From the NCBI GenBank assembly GCA_034226945.1, contig CP120453.1, forward strand, positions 186,001-250,000: a stretch of DNA of 64,000 nt, in the 5' to 3' direction. Position 1 is the first letter of the stretch, and each line of letters starts with the position of its first letter. Under the pieces are notes generated by a model that worked only from the letters and a program-made list of their open reading frames with translations, was not told the DNA's origin and made no database searches. Shown here piece after piece: positions 1-11,311 of this stretch. A program made the position numbers and the translations under genes. Source of the stretch: Picochlorum sp. SENEW3 (taxonomy: Eukaryota).

Positions 1-975
1 GCAACAGCGCTGAAGAACATTTCTGCCATATCCTCAACAGATAATGTGTTCCAAGCACCGATTGGTTGGTTGAATGCACTGGCCAGAGAAAACATTCTTC
101 TCATATCCACAACAGATGATGTGTTCCAGTTTCCAATGGGCTGATTGAAAGCCTCTGTTTCAAAGAACATTTCTCTCATATTTCCAACAGATGATGTGTC
201 CCAGTCTCCAATTGACATGTTGAATGCACTGGCTCCAGAAAACATTTGATCCATGGCAGTGACAGAAGATGTATCCCAGTCTTTCAGGGGTTGGTTGAAA
301 CTGATGGCATCGCGAAACATGGCACCCATGTTTTGGACTTGTGATACGTTCCAGTCTCCTACTGGGTGGTTAAAGGCCTGGGATCCGGAAAACATTCCAC
401 TCATGTCAGTAACAGATGATGTGTTCCAATCTCCAATTGATTGATTAAAGGCACCAGCTGACAGGAACATTGCACTCATATCAAGAACAGATGATGTGTC
501 CCAGGCACCAATTGGTTGGTCAAAGGCTTTGGCTCGGAAGAACATTGCTTCCATAGATTTAACAGAAGATGTGTTCCACTCTCCCAGTGATTGATTGAAG
601 ACCTCGGCTCCAAAAAACATGTTCTTCATAGTTGTCACGGATGATGTGTCCCATGTACTCACTGGCGAGTCAAACGCCATGGTTTCAGCGAACATTTCCG
701 TCATGTCTTGCACCAATGATGTATCCCAGCCAACAAGCGACTGGTTGAAAGCAGTCGCTGAAGAAAACATTCGGCTCATGTTTTTCACGCTTGATGTGTT
801 CCAGTGTTTGATTGGTTGATTGAAAGATTGGGCTCCTACAAATATGTTGCTCATATCCACAACGCGTGATGTGTTCCACTCTCCAAGGGGTTGATTGAAG
901 GTGGATGCAAAATAGAACATTCCGTTCATATGAAGCACATCTGATGTATCCCAAGATCCAATGGGGCTATTGAAT
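1..975 (-). repeat. About 13 diverged 75-bp (25-aa) DUF285 repeat units
   Basis: GATGTGTTCCA/GATGTATCCCA...TTGAA motifs recur at about 75-nt spacing. Confidence 0.85.
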
Positions 976-1910
976 GCTGTATCATAGAACAACTGAGACA
1001 TGTTCGCGACGCCACTCGTGCACACTCTCTCAAGACTGTCCCATTGCAACTCATCACCCGCACGGGTACGCAACTGGGTCTCATCAACCTTGGTGTACAC
1101 CATCCCATTCACGATGCCTCTGCTACCTACAGCGGCATCAGGACATAACACTGTCACACCGTTGCTTGCCAAGGAGAAGCCATTGCCACCATCTGGAAGG
1201 CGAGGGTTTGCCGTCAGAGCCGCAATCTCCACTGGAGGCTCCAGGCCTTGTGCAAGAACAGCCTCAACTCCTTGGTCATCCCTCAGACTCCAGGCAAGCG
1301 ACCACGCATTCCGATAGTCATCATATTCAATCTCCAATAAGACATTAGCACTCCCATCAACCACGCGAAGCACCGAGCATACACCCCCGGGCTGCAAGGA
1401 CAGCATATTACCACAGATTTGGTCCTGCTCTGCCACACCAAACGCAGCAGCATTGGGATAGGAGGGGAAGATGAGCCCCACCCTCAGCGACCCAGGAAGA
1501 GGATCTGCCTCCTGACAGTACGACACTTTGCCGCCATCCTTGAAAGATGTCTCAACGAAGCAGCTGTACGACTGATCCAATGCCAGCCCTTGCACCGTCC
1601 CTTGCACAGCCGAGCGACGTACAGGCAACACCCCTTGGACAGACTGCCCTTGCGCAGGAGCATCACACCCTTGCCCCTGGATCACGCACTTGATCGTGAA
1701 TTGGGTGCCTGGCACGTTCGGTCCAGTCTCGAAGCCCACGGAGATGGTCGGCACGTTCACCTGAAGAATGCGAGGCTGCCTCACCGAGGTCAGCAGACGC
1801 TCCGACGCGTCCTCTGCAGAACAAATCCCCCAAGGGACAAACATTACTACTTGCTTTGTTGGTAGAATATTATTAAAAAGGAGGAGGAAACCATAGTAAT
1901 GCAGAAACAT
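1..1910 (-). CDS. DUF285/BspA-like leucine-rich repeat surface protein with N-terminal Cys-containing (FN3-like?) region; 3' end runs off the window
   Basis: Hand translation of the minus strand (not in the ORF track because it is truncated): ATG 1910 [12 protein letters not shown]..., then [12 protein letters not shown]...[14 protein letters not shown], a cap [12 protein letters not shown]...[12 protein letters not shown], and about 13 25-aa repeats such as [25 protein letters not shown]. The frame is consistent at both ends; the start codon is uncertain. Confidence 0.85.
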   Translation of the reverse strand, partial: MFLHYYGFLLLFNNILPTKQVVMFVPWGICSAEDASERLLTSVRQPRILQVNVPTISVGFETGPNVPGTQFTIKCVIQGQGCDAPAQGQSVQGVLPVRRSAVQGTVQGLALDQSYSCFVETSFKDGGKVSYCQEADPLPGSLRVGLIFPSYPNAAAFGVAEQDQICGNMLSLQPGGVCSVLRVVDGSANVLLEIEYDDYRNAWSLAWSLRDDQGVEAVLAQGLEPPVEIAALTANPRLPDGGNGFSLASNGVTVLCPDAAVGSRGIVNGMVYTKVDETQLRTRAGDELQWDSLERVCTSGVANMSQLFYDTAFNSPIGSWDTSDVLHMNGMFYFASTFNQPLGEWNTSRVVDMSNIFVGAQSFNQPIKHWNTSSVKNMSRMFSSATAFNQSLVGWDTSLVQDMTEMFAETMAFDSPVSTWDTSSVTTMKNMFFGAEVFNQSLGEWNTSSVKSMEAMFFRAKAFDQPIGAWDTSSVLDMSAMFLSAGAFNQSIGDWNTSSVTDMSGMFSGSQAFNHPVGDWNVSQVQNMGAMFRDAISFNQPLKDWDTSSVTAMDQMFSGASAFNMSIGDWDTSSVGNMREMFFETEAFNQPIGNWNTSSVVDMRRMFSLASAFNQPIGAWNTLSVEDMAEMFFSAV

Positions 1911-2662
1911 CCGAGGTAGAGGGCACCGTTGTCGTGCTGCGACAACTCCAGAACAAGGCTAACAACCGCAAGGCGGGAACTCGCCACGTCCCGTGTGCCA
2001 CTGTCCAGGCGCTGAATTTTGACACATATATGACACATGTGGATCGACGGGACACCCGCGTGAGTCATAAACAGCGTACCTTGTCCACTCGCCCACCGGT
2101 TGAGCAAGGTGCACACCAAAAGACACCACAACATCAGAAGAAGAACTTGGTCCACGCGCTCTCAGCTGAAACGCCACGTGAATACATAAACCTATTGCAA
2201 CGATGAATAAAAATAATTGGATATCAACAGCAATTGTAGGGACTCCAAACCAGCATCTTCCTCTATGTGTGGATTCCACCCGAATTTGAGTCAACCAATG
2301 TCTGACCGTCAGATGGTCTGACCATCACGTGATTCCGTCGTCCTAGGCCTAAGGTTCGGACAGGGCTGCGTGATTGATATGCATACATGCAGTAGCATGT
2401 TCACAACTCATGCACTACTGAATCTGACAATACGCGATTTTGATATGAATTGTTTTCATTGGAGGTGTCCTCGACACCGTCGTTTTACTCCACAAGAGCA
2501 GCTATAGCTAGGCATCCATGGGCTAGATCTTTACAGATCTCTGTCCCTACATAGAAGATAAGACATCTTGTGATGTACTCGGTACACCCACCACGACTGC
2601 AAAACGAATCAATCTATAAAGAATATAGATATATTAATAGAGAGAGGACGGGCATTGGCGCA

Positions 2663-3898
2663 ATGAATCGGTCAGGAACACTGTCTCATGCCCATCTTTG
2701 CATGGACTTACGGATAGCAGGTCCTCCTGCAGCCCTGTCATTAAGACGACTGAAATTTCAATCTAATAAACATTATGATGAAATTAGTATGACTGGGAGA
2801 TGTCGATCATCGTCTTTTGAAAAGGACGTTGGCATTGAGTGCATGGAAGGGTTGAGGCCCGAAGTTGACCATGCCGTTGATCGTGGGATTGACAATTGTT
2901 TAAACTACACAGAATTGGGTGTTGGTAAAAAGTACGAGGTACGGTAGGATGATGTGCTCGCTGGAGGGAGAGTAAATGCGAAGATGATGATTCCTGTGTG
3001 TGAACTGCAGGGAAAAGTGAGGGATACCTACGATTTGGGAGATACGACAATTATTGTGACGACAGATAGGCAGAGTGCGTTTGATAGACATTTAGCATCT
3101 ATTCCGTTCAAGGGACAGGTGTTGAATGAGACCAGTGCATGGTGGATGAGGAAGACTACCCACATCATTCCAAATGCATTGATTGATGTGCCAGACCCTA
3201 ATATTAGTGTGATGCAGAAATGCACCGTTTTCCCTGTTGAATTTGTGTGTCGAGGTTTTATGACTGGAAGTACGGAGACATCGTTGTGGACGCATTACAA
3301 CAGAGGGGAGCGAGAGTATTGTGGGAATGTCTTTCCTGATGGGATGAAGAAGAATGAACAGTTGAGTCACAATGTGCTCACGCCAACAACCAAAGCTGCC
3401 GATCATGATGTCCCTATTAGCCCAGATGATATTGTGAAGCAAGGACTCATGTCACAGGAGGATTGGGATGTAGCAAGTGCAGCTGCATTGGCGTTGTTTG
3501 AATTTGGGCAAAAGGAGGCTGCGTCTCGTGGTTTGTTGCTTGTGGATACAAAGTATGAGTTTGGAAAGGACCCTGAAGGAAATATCATGTTGATTGATGA
3601 AATTCATACCCCCGATAGCTCTCGATATTGGATTGCGGATGGATATAAGGAGCGATTGGAGAATGGTCAGGAGCCACAGAATATCGACAAGGAATTCTTG
3701 AGGCTGTGGTTCAGGGCCAACTGCGACCCATATAATGACGATGTGTTGCCAGAAGCGCCGAAAGAGCTTGTCAAGGAGCTTTCACGTCGATATATTTTCC
3801 TGTATGAAACAATCACTGGAGAGGCATTTGTGCCAGCAGATCCAGATATTCCTGCACAGGAGCGGATCAAAGAAGCCATTTCCAAATATATTCATTAA
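2663..3898 (+). CDS. purC: SAICAR synthetase (PurC/ADE1/PUR7), with probable transit peptide; intron 2939-3010
   Basis: Spliced KYE|GKVRDTY, TDRQSAFD, KGQVLN, LLLVDTKYEFG, DEIHTPDSSRYW and DKEFLR motifs; GTACGG...TGCAG intron. Confidence 0.95.
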
Positions 3899-5199
3899 AC
3901 CGATTTCATTTCAATTTCCTGGGAAATAAATAGTTCTAAACGCGACTTGAGCAGGGTGTCGTCGTCAGCATGAAGAGATAGCGGTTCACGCTGCTGCAGC
4001 CCTAAGGATCCATGCTGTTTCCTATGCTGACGAATCCTTTCTATTTTCTCTCGCGACGCTGCGTCCCATAATGACTCGTCATAAAAATCTCTCGGGAGTC
4101 CCACCTTTTGTCTCGCATCGTGATTGAATGGTGCTCGCAGCAGATCAGGGCATGTTTCTGAAAGTGTCTCGATAAAAACACGTTTGGCATCCTGCCCCAA
4201 AACATGACACATGGTATTAAACCAATATACACCAACAGCAACATGCGCCTGTTCTTCGTCTGCTATTCGTGCTACAATCGCTGCCGACCGATTATCCCCC
4301 CAACCAACCAAGCGCTCGGCAAGGCGCCCCCCAGCATCCAAACCTCTTGCTTCTTGGGACATTGGGACAACAGCTAATCGTTCTCTCACATCACCCGCAC
4401 TCGCAATACATCCTTCCCACAGCAAATTATGCGCAGGCATGTCACCATACTGTATACCTATTTCAGACATGCGTTGCAAACACCACCCCAAATGCCGAGC
4501 TTCATCATCAGCAACCCCAAGAAAATCCAGATAGAATTGTTGGGGCAGAAACTGCAGATGAGAAAACCGAACTATCGTATCCCACGCCAAATCTATAGCA
4601 TTCAACTCCACATGCGCAAGATTATGCAACGTATATCCATTCATCGGCAATGGTGTCTCTTTCAGCGTAGGAATCTGTCTTGCAGGAAGCAACTCTGGTT
4701 TCTCAGGACGAGCAGGAACATCAGGCGCCACCTCAAGCGTTGTACCATGAATACCAAGAAGACCAGCGTGAAATTCTTCCAACGCTTTGTGAGTCAGTGC
4801 AGCTTTGCGCAGGGGATGTGGCTCGCACAGAACTGTCTTGCCATATTCTGCAACAGTTGCACAGGACACATCGTTCACATCAGTACCCTCCCATAGTCTC
4901 CTGTACACGCCATCTATTTCTTCGGATGCTTCGTTTTCAGTACATGCCCCACCATCCCCCCAAACAACCCTCCCATCAACCTCTCCTCTCCCTCTCCACT
5001 CGTCCAGTCCTGGCCACACCGTAGGTGTTGTCGAGCACGTTGCCGACGTCCTTGAAAACTCCCGCACACCACTCCATCGGCCCATTGGGCGCCATGAAGA
5101 TGCCCTTATGAAATGTGAATACAGAGAGATTCCCCCACAAAGACCCGGGACCAACTTCCTTGCGGAGTAGGACACCATGGACCGGGGCACATGCGACAT
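3895..5199 (-). CDS. Ferritin-like DUF455 family protein
   Basis: LHNLAHVELNAIDLAWD, DEARH, YGDMPAHNLLW, EARGLDAG and EEQAHVAVG motifs. Confidence 0.88.
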   Translation of the reverse strand: MSHVPRSMVSYSARKLVPGLCGGISLYSHFIRASSWRPMGRWSGVREFSRTSATCSTTPTVWPGLDEWRGRGEVDGRVVWGDGGACTENEASEEIDGVYRRLWEGTDVNDVSCATVAEYGKTVLCEPHPLRKAALTHKALEEFHAGLLGIHGTTLEVAPDVPARPEKPELLPARQIPTLKETPLPMNGYTLHNLAHVELNAIDLAWDTIVRFSHLQFLPQQFYLDFLGVADDEARHLGWCLQRMSEIGIQYGDMPAHNLLWEGCIASAGDVRERLAVVPMSQEARGLDAGGRLAERLVGWGDNRSAAIVARIADEEQAHVAVGVYWFNTMCHVLGQDAKRVFIETLSETCPDLLRAPFNHDARQKVGLPRDFYDESLWDAASREKIERIRQHRKQHGSLGLQQREPLSLHADDDTLLKSRLELFISQEIEMKSV

Positions 5200-5509
5200 G
5201 TCACAATTCAATGCTTCACTGTGCGCCTCCCATCAACGGTACTTGGTTTCTTATTACAGAATTACATTCCATATGTGCATATGTACTGACAAATCCGACA
5301 TGAGATACGCAAAGAGAACAAAATTCATCACTAATTGAATACAAAAAAAATCTCTGCAACAACAAATCTTGGACACGTATCTTTACATTGTCAAGTCGAT
5401 CAGAACCCTTCATGTCGAAACAAAACATCCAAAAGGTACCGTCACGGTACTATTAACAATACATTGTGCCTCTGCACAAGTCTGGCACAAGTCTAGGAAG
5501 AAATTAGAC

Positions 5510-5908
5510 ATGCAGGTTGAATTTTTGCAACCAGAAAACGTCAAAGCTATTCTGAAAGATCCAACGCAATCCTGCAAAACACTGATAGTAGATGTACGAG
5601 ATGATGACTTTGCTGGTGGGCATATTCGCGGTTGTGTCAACATTCCCTGCTGGGAGTTGGTGAGTGCTGGCAGCAGTTCCATGGAGGAGTTTATCAAAAC
5701 CTATTGCCAATCTGGTACTACAGACACATTGATATTCCACTGCTATTTATCGCAACAGAGAGGGCCATTAGCAGCTAGACGTGTCGCAGAGAGATTGAAT
5801 CAGCTTGATGGGGAACATGGCATCAAGCAAATATGTGTGTTGAGTCATGGGTGGAGGAGGTTCTCAAGAATGTATGGAGAGGACGAGACCCTGTGTGTCC
5901 TGGAATGA
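5510..5908 (+). CDS. CDC25-like/ACR2 rhodanese-domain protein (dual-specificity phosphatase/arsenate reductase)
   Basis: IVDVRDDDFAGGHIRG and the active-site HCx5R motif FHCYLSQQRGP. Confidence 0.88.
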   Translation: MQVEFLQPENVKAILKDPTQSCKTLIVDVRDDDFAGGHIRGCVNIPCWELVSAGSSSMEEFIKTYCQSGTTDTLIFHCYLSQQRGPLAARRVAERLNQLDGEHGIKQICVLSHGWRRFSRMYGEDETLCVLE

Positions 5909-6117
5909 AAAGCAGGCATGTGGCCTGCTGATATATATCCATAGATGGTTGAATACGACATGATCTGTTAACAGAATTCTGTCTTGTCACTTCAAAGAAA
6001 GTGGTTGAGATCTTTGAAGAAAGAAATAGACAGCCTGATCCCCGATTTGATCAAATTAGAATTTAATAATTAATTGATGTTAGTATTGTAGTATGTAAGA
6101 AAGCACAGAGTCGAATT

Positions 6118-7119
6118 ATGGGCTCTCGTGGAACTAAGATAAATGCGTCCTCGGGAATTTTGAACATTGAGCCAAGTTCGTATTTCGTAGAGAGGGATGG
6201 GGATGCGTTTCGATCATTCTTTGCATCTACTCTGAAATTAGGTCATCTGTTATTCGATGAGAATGCTTCTGTCGTGACGGAGGGCGACACCTGTCGGGTA
6301 TTGTTAGTAACAAAGCCAGAGCTGGGTGCTTGGATTCCCAGTAGTTTGCGATCTCGAGTGGATGCGGCTGAGATTGAGTTTCATGATGAGATTGTGTATC
6401 GTCGAGAAGATATAGAAAGCCCGCCGTATGTGTTACATGTGCGTACGAGCTCTCCATTTCTGAAGGAGAGGTTTCGCTTGGAGAGCACTCTGTCTCTGAC
6501 ACCAGTGGTGGGTGAGGATGGGGCAGTGGGATGCATTCAGAGGCTGCAAGGACATGTTGAAGTCCATATGATGGGTTTGGGTGGTCTGATTCAGAGAATG
6601 GTGAGGGATTCAGTGCATAATACCTATAAAAAGCTTCCTAATGTGATTGAAGGGTGGCTGGTAGAGCGAGAGAGAATGCTACAGTATCAAGGAGGACAGA
6701 GTGCGTTGCTTCATGGGAGGCCTGTTGGGATTGATTGTGGAGTACGTTGGATTCAAACATATCCATTAGAGAGTGAGGAAGAGATTCCATTAAAGCCTCT
6801 CGAGCAAAAACTATATGATGGTGAGGAGCCCATCACAGTGGCTGTGCCTTCTCCTGGGGTGTTCATGGTGTTCTGGTTGCGGGTCATTGATGCCTGCAAG
6901 CTCATTTTTATAGTGACAATTTTAGTATGTATGAGGTTTCGGGTGATTAAAATGACGAGACGGGCACGACCGCTGGATCGGCGATCCATCTCTTCATGGG
7001 CAGCAGCAGTTCCTCACAGAAAAAGTAGGAGCAGGGCAGCATCACAAGACATGTCAGAGGCTGAGAAACTTGTGCAGAGCGTCCATTTTAGAAGACCGTC
7101 GTATTCATCTGTAGACTAA
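6118..7119 (+). CDS. Hypothetical protein, possible DUF2505/SRPBCC(START)-like fold, with a C-terminal hydrophobic segment
   Basis: 333-aa ORF; the pattern GHVEVHMMGLGGLIQRMV resembles DUF2505-type proteins; hydrophobic LIFIVTILVCM. Confidence 0.55.
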   Translation: MGSRGTKINASSGILNIEPSSYFVERDGDAFRSFFASTLKLGHLLFDENASVVTEGDTCRVLLVTKPELGAWIPSSLRSRVDAAEIEFHDEIVYRREDIESPPYVLHVRTSSPFLKERFRLESTLSLTPVVGEDGAVGCIQRLQGHVEVHMMGLGGLIQRMVRDSVHNTYKKLPNVIEGWLVERERMLQYQGGQSALLHGRPVGIDCGVRWIQTYPLESEEEIPLKPLEQKLYDGEEPITVAVPSPGVFMVFWLRVIDACKLIFIVTILVCMRFRVIKMTRRARPLDRRSISSWAAAVPHRKSRSRAASQDMSEAEKLVQSVHFRRPSYSSVD

Positions 7120-7152
7120 CGCCAAGATATAAACAAATGACAGTAATAATAA

Positions 7153-8664
7153 TTATACATAGAGTTTTTGGCGTCGAGCAATGACTGTTCGACAGAGAGG
7201 GCATCTATGGAGGCGCCTGCAACACCGCCGACACATGCAGGCATGCCCACATGGTACGACAACAGTTTGTACCGGCCGATCCATACACACGTTGCAAATA
7301 ACCTCAGCAAGAGGGCCTGTTCCAGCTCGCAACTTCTTCTTCACAATCTCTGTATCGATAATGTCAGGTTCTCGCTGATCATGGGTCTCCTCTTCCTGCT
7401 GGTGCTCCATCTCAGTCAGCCCAGCAGCAGCTGTAGGAGCACTGGTGCTCTGTTCTTCAAGGTCCTCGGCGTTTGGTTCTTCTTCTTCTTCTTCGATGGA
7501 TTCCTGATCCGATTCCTGATTTAATTCTTGCTCCGCAGTATGAATGCGCTCCTCAATATCCGAGTCTTCAGAAGATTCTGTGTCTTGGCTCCCCACACTC
7601 CCATCATCATCCCGATCAATCCGAATCAAAAGGGGCTGTGTCTGTGAATCACCATCCTCGTCGTCCCCATCATGTTGATCCTCTCTCCAATCAAGGATCA
7701 ATTCTGCAACGTATGCCAAAAGTCCAAGAATAATAACTCCAAGAAGACTGCTTCCAATCACAATCAAAACAATTGCCCACCCAGGAATGTCACCAGTGTC
7801 TCCAGAGCGAATCCCACAGTTCGCCCCAGCCCACCCTTTATGGCATTCACATCTCCCTAATATACAACTTCCTCTACCATTACAATTATCCAAGCTGGAG
7901 CAATCCACAGGACTTGGATCTGTCACATTTCTAACACACATGCCACAGCATGACGCATCCCCCACTGGTACATTATGTCCATTAGGAGCAATCCTAAAAG
8001 AATCATACCCCGTCAGCAATCTATCCGTCTGCTTTCCTCCACAGCTAATTCTAAATTCAGCATCATCTTTATTCGAACAATCGCATGCTTCTATTGGCAC
8101 TGTATGGCCTGTGTCCATCAGTAATGATGGAATACAGCATTCTGATGCATCAAGTGGATAATAGGCAGGCTCCCCAGGGGCAAACACACGACCGATATTG
8201 GTAAACCCAACGACAAAGCTTTTCGATTTCCCACGCGCATCGCGCTCACATTGGAATGCCGATTCCGTATTACTGGATGGATGGCATCCTACAGACACCA
8301 CAGCAACAGCATCACTCGGCCATTCCAACTGTCCTTTTTCGACAGTAATTTTATCCTCTGGTAAACATGGTCTACAGCATACTGCTTTCGACAATGGTAC
8401 AGGCTCACCACCCATTGCCCATTGCCCTTCCCTTTCAAAGGAGGCCACAAAATACCCTTCCTTACTACATGAGAGACCCTGGGGATCCCCAGTTGCCTCT
8501 TCGCAATCACATATCTCCAAGCGCACCAGATCTTTAGACGTGTGCTTATCCAATGCCTTCACATTGATGGACTGGTCCTCCTTGAGCGATGCTGCCTGGT
8601 GCGTCTGTATCAGAAGCACCACCAAAAGGGCAGCAACCACCACAGAAAGGAACCGACGTGGCAT
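7153..8664 (-). CDS. Type I membrane protein: signal peptide, Cys-rich repeats, EGF-like domain, TM helix, acidic linker, C-terminal RING-HC (putative E3 ligase)
   Basis: Signal MPRRFLSVVVAALLVVLLI; EGF CNGRGSCILGRCECHKGWAGANC; TM WAIVLIVIGSSLLGVIILGLL; RING CNVCMD...PCGHACMCRRC...CPLCR. Confidence 0.88.
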   Translation of the reverse strand: MPRRFLSVVVAALLVVLLIQTHQAASLKEDQSINVKALDKHTSKDLVRLEICDCEEATGDPQGLSCSKEGYFVASFEREGQWAMGGEPVPLSKAVCCRPCLPEDKITVEKGQLEWPSDAVAVVSVGCHPSSNTESAFQCERDARGKSKSFVVGFTNIGRVFAPGEPAYYPLDASECCIPSLLMDTGHTVPIEACDCSNKDDAEFRISCGGKQTDRLLTGYDSFRIAPNGHNVPVGDASCCGMCVRNVTDPSPVDCSSLDNCNGRGSCILGRCECHKGWAGANCGIRSGDTGDIPGWAIVLIVIGSSLLGVIILGLLAYVAELILDWREDQHDGDDEDGDSQTQPLLIRIDRDDDGSVGSQDTESSEDSDIEERIHTAEQELNQESDQESIEEEEEEPNAEDLEEQSTSAPTAAAGLTEMEHQQEEETHDQREPDIIDTEIVKKKLRAGTGPLAEVICNVCMDRPVQTVVVPCGHACMCRRCCRRLHRCPLCRTVIARRQKLYV

Positions 8665-9178
8665 CTCTGTCTTCTATTCAATCGCACCCAGGCAATTGCC
8701 GCTATCAGGGATATAGTATACGAGTATTAGTAGTAGAATGCTTGCTCTTATAGCATACAAAATGGCTCCATAGGGTTCTGGGAGGTGAATACACCCGAAA
8801 GGAAACCGAGACTTGTGCTTGTCAACCTGTATTCCCCTTCTTCGACAGGGAAATGAAATTCTACAGAAATAGCAGTGGGTGAATTGAGTAGTAGTATTTG
8901 AAGAGACGGGGTGTCGTACAAGACTGAGAAGGCATGGCTCTTTTTCGGGTTGAAAACTCTGTAAATAGAATTTTAAAAACTCAATCGTTTCAAAGGAGAG
9001 ACATGGGCATGCCACAGCAATACGCTATCGGTTTATATTTTTATATATATATGTAGTACATAAATGCATCCTGAACCTCCAAAGATAGCGATAACCCGGT
9101 GTTGAGTGTTGAATGGGTGTTTGTGGATGCGCCGAGGTGGGTGTTTGAGAGTAGACAATCGTATTGGGATATAAAATC

Positions 9179-11311
9179 ATGGTTGGGGGTGGTAATGGTC
9201 CACCAAATGATAATGGGTCTTCTCAGTTGCGAGAATTAGTGACTGGGAGTGATTCTTGTGATGCCTCTGGGAGTGGGAGGAATGCTGTGTCTTCTCTTGC
9301 TGATGCCTTGTTTCGAGGTAGGGCTGGGTATCGGCAGCAGGTCGGCCAGGCGAATGGATTGGGGATTGAGCAGCAGCCAGTTGAGAGGGATGCTGTGGAT
9401 AGAGCGTTGAATGCACCACTTCCATACTCAAACCATGGGTTTGAGGGCCAGGGTGGATTGGACGTGAATGAATTTTTGCAGAGTCAATCCAAAGGGAAGG
9501 AGGTTGTTGGTGAGGCTGGCTTTGATGATATATATGCTGCTGCGGCTGGTGGTGCTATGGGTCATCAGATGGGGCCTGTGGAGCAGACAGGGCCAATTTT
9601 GCATGCCTTTTTGCATAATCAGAGGGGGATGCCAGTCGCGATGGGATTGAATGTTGATGGATTGAATGTGCAAGATAAATGCCATGTCCGTGATCGGAGT
9701 ACGATTTTAGCGAGGCAGTTGTTTGCGGATCAGGGGGAGGAGTACATCCATCACCACTTGGATGAACTGATGAGGTCTTTGAGGATTGATCCTTCGGCGT
9801 TGCCGACAAGTGGGGAGTCTGTGCAGCGTCAATGGGATGGTATTTATGAAGGAGCGGGTACCTCTGTGGCGTTGGAGCATGCAGAGGGTTTGCATGGTGC
9901 TCGGCAGCAGATGCATGAGAGTGGGTGGGCTGATGAGTTTTCCAAGAAAATGACAGTGTCGGATGCGTGGGTGGCTGAACATGAAAGTAAGGCGAATGGA
10001 TGGGTCCATGATTTTGAGAAACAGCAGGAAGAAGACGGAAATAGTACGCAGCGTGCGGCTGGTGTGGATCTGGATCCATCCATATCATCAGTGAGTGCCA
10101 TGGAACATACCAAGAGGCTTGCTGATACATTGTCTGCAGAAACGGACCCGAAGTTTAAGCATTCAAAGTTTCTTCAGTTTGTGAGTAAAATGTCACGTGG
10201 AGAGATTATTGTGGATGGGAATGAGGTGAAGGAGGTGCCAAAGGAGAGTGCTGCGTGGGCTAGTGAATTTGTGCCCCCGATTGATCATCACTTTGATCAA
10301 GCTGCTCGAGGGACTGATTGGGCTGATGAATTTGCGAATAAAATGGGATCAAATTGGGCTGACGAGTTTGAGCATGCAGCTGGACAGGGTGATTGGACAG
10401 AGGAGTATTTGCAGTCGCTTGAAAAAGCCACAGTGTTTGGGCAAAGTGGCTATCGGATGAGCGAGAATAATCCTTTCTTGGGTGACATGGATAGCTTTCC
10501 CAAGGGTAGAAAGTTGTTTCAGCAGGGTTTGTTGAGTCAGGCAGTTCTAGCGATAGAGGCAGAATGTCAACGGAACCCTGGGAATGCAGAAGCATGGAAA
10601 TTGCTTGGTACAGTTCAGGCAGAGAATGATGACGATATACAGGCGATTGCCGCGATGAATAGGGCATTGGCGTGTGACCCGAATAATACGGATGTACTAT
10701 TGAGTCTCGGAGTAAGTCATACAAATGAATTTGACCAGAAGGCTGCAGTTGGGTATCTGAGGCAATGGCTTGGGACACACCCAAGATACAGAGAGCTCGT
10801 TCAGAATGATCCTGGACCTCCAGATTCGTCGCAAAATTTGAGTTATACTATCAGCTTGTTCAAGAGTGCGACGGCACGATCGCATAATGATGCAGATGTG
10901 TATGCAGCGCTGGGAGTTCTCTGCAACCTTGCCAGGCAATATGGAGATGCTGTGGAGGCTTTCAGGCATGCTTTGAACGTCAACCCAAAAGATTACTCAT
11001 TGTGGAATAAACTTGGAGCAACACTTGCAAATTCCTCTAGATCAGGTGAAGCACTTGATGCATATAGACGGGCATTAGAGCTCAAACCAAATTATATGAG
11101 AGCTTGGACAAACATGGGTATTTCACTGGCAAACCTTGGTCAGTATGAAGAGAGCTCAAAATACTACGTCAGAGCGTTGACATTGAACAAGGATTCAAGC
11201 ACTGTTTGGGCGTATCTGAGGACATCGTTGATCTGCGGGGCTCGGGATGATCTTCTGGGCTTTGCAGATGACAACAATTTGGAAGCCCTGAGACAAGCGT
11301 TGCCTCTTTAG
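9179..11311 (+). CDS. PEX5: Peroxisomal targeting signal 1 receptor PEX5
   Basis: Multiple WxxxF/Y pentapeptides (WADEF, WVHDF, WASEF, WTEEY), KFKHSKFLQFVSKMSRGE, C-terminal TPRs (DYSLWNKLGATLANS, PNYMRAWTNMGIS). Confidence 0.95.
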   Translation: MVGGGNGPPNDNGSSQLRELVTGSDSCDASGSGRNAVSSLADALFRGRAGYRQQVGQANGLGIEQQPVERDAVDRALNAPLPYSNHGFEGQGGLDVNEFLQSQSKGKEVVGEAGFDDIYAAAAGGAMGHQMGPVEQTGPILHAFLHNQRGMPVAMGLNVDGLNVQDKCHVRDRSTILARQLFADQGEEYIHHHLDELMRSLRIDPSALPTSGESVQRQWDGIYEGAGTSVALEHAEGLHGARQQMHESGWADEFSKKMTVSDAWVAEHESKANGWVHDFEKQQEEDGNSTQRAAGVDLDPSISSVSAMEHTKRLADTLSAETDPKFKHSKFLQFVSKMSRGEIIVDGNEVKEVPKESAAWASEFVPPIDHHFDQAARGTDWADEFANKMGSNWADEFEHAAGQGDWTEEYLQSLEKATVFGQSGYRMSENNPFLGDMDSFPKGRKLFQQGLLSQAVLAIEAECQRNPGNAEAWKLLGTVQAENDDDIQAIAAMNRALACDPNNTDVLLSLGVSHTNEFDQKAAVGYLRQWLGTHPRYRELVQNDPGPPDSSQNLSYTISLFKSATARSHNDADVYAALGVLCNLARQYGDAVEAFRHALNVNPKDYSLWNKLGATLANSSRSGEALDAYRRALELKPNYMRAWTNMGISLANLGQYEESSKYYVRALTLNKDSSTVWAYLRTSLICGARDDLLGFADDNNLEALRQALPL

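Noticed and set aside
974..1865. Plus-strand ORFs 974-1348, 1000-1317 and 1419-1865
   Set aside because: Shadows of the continuous minus-strand DUF285 gene
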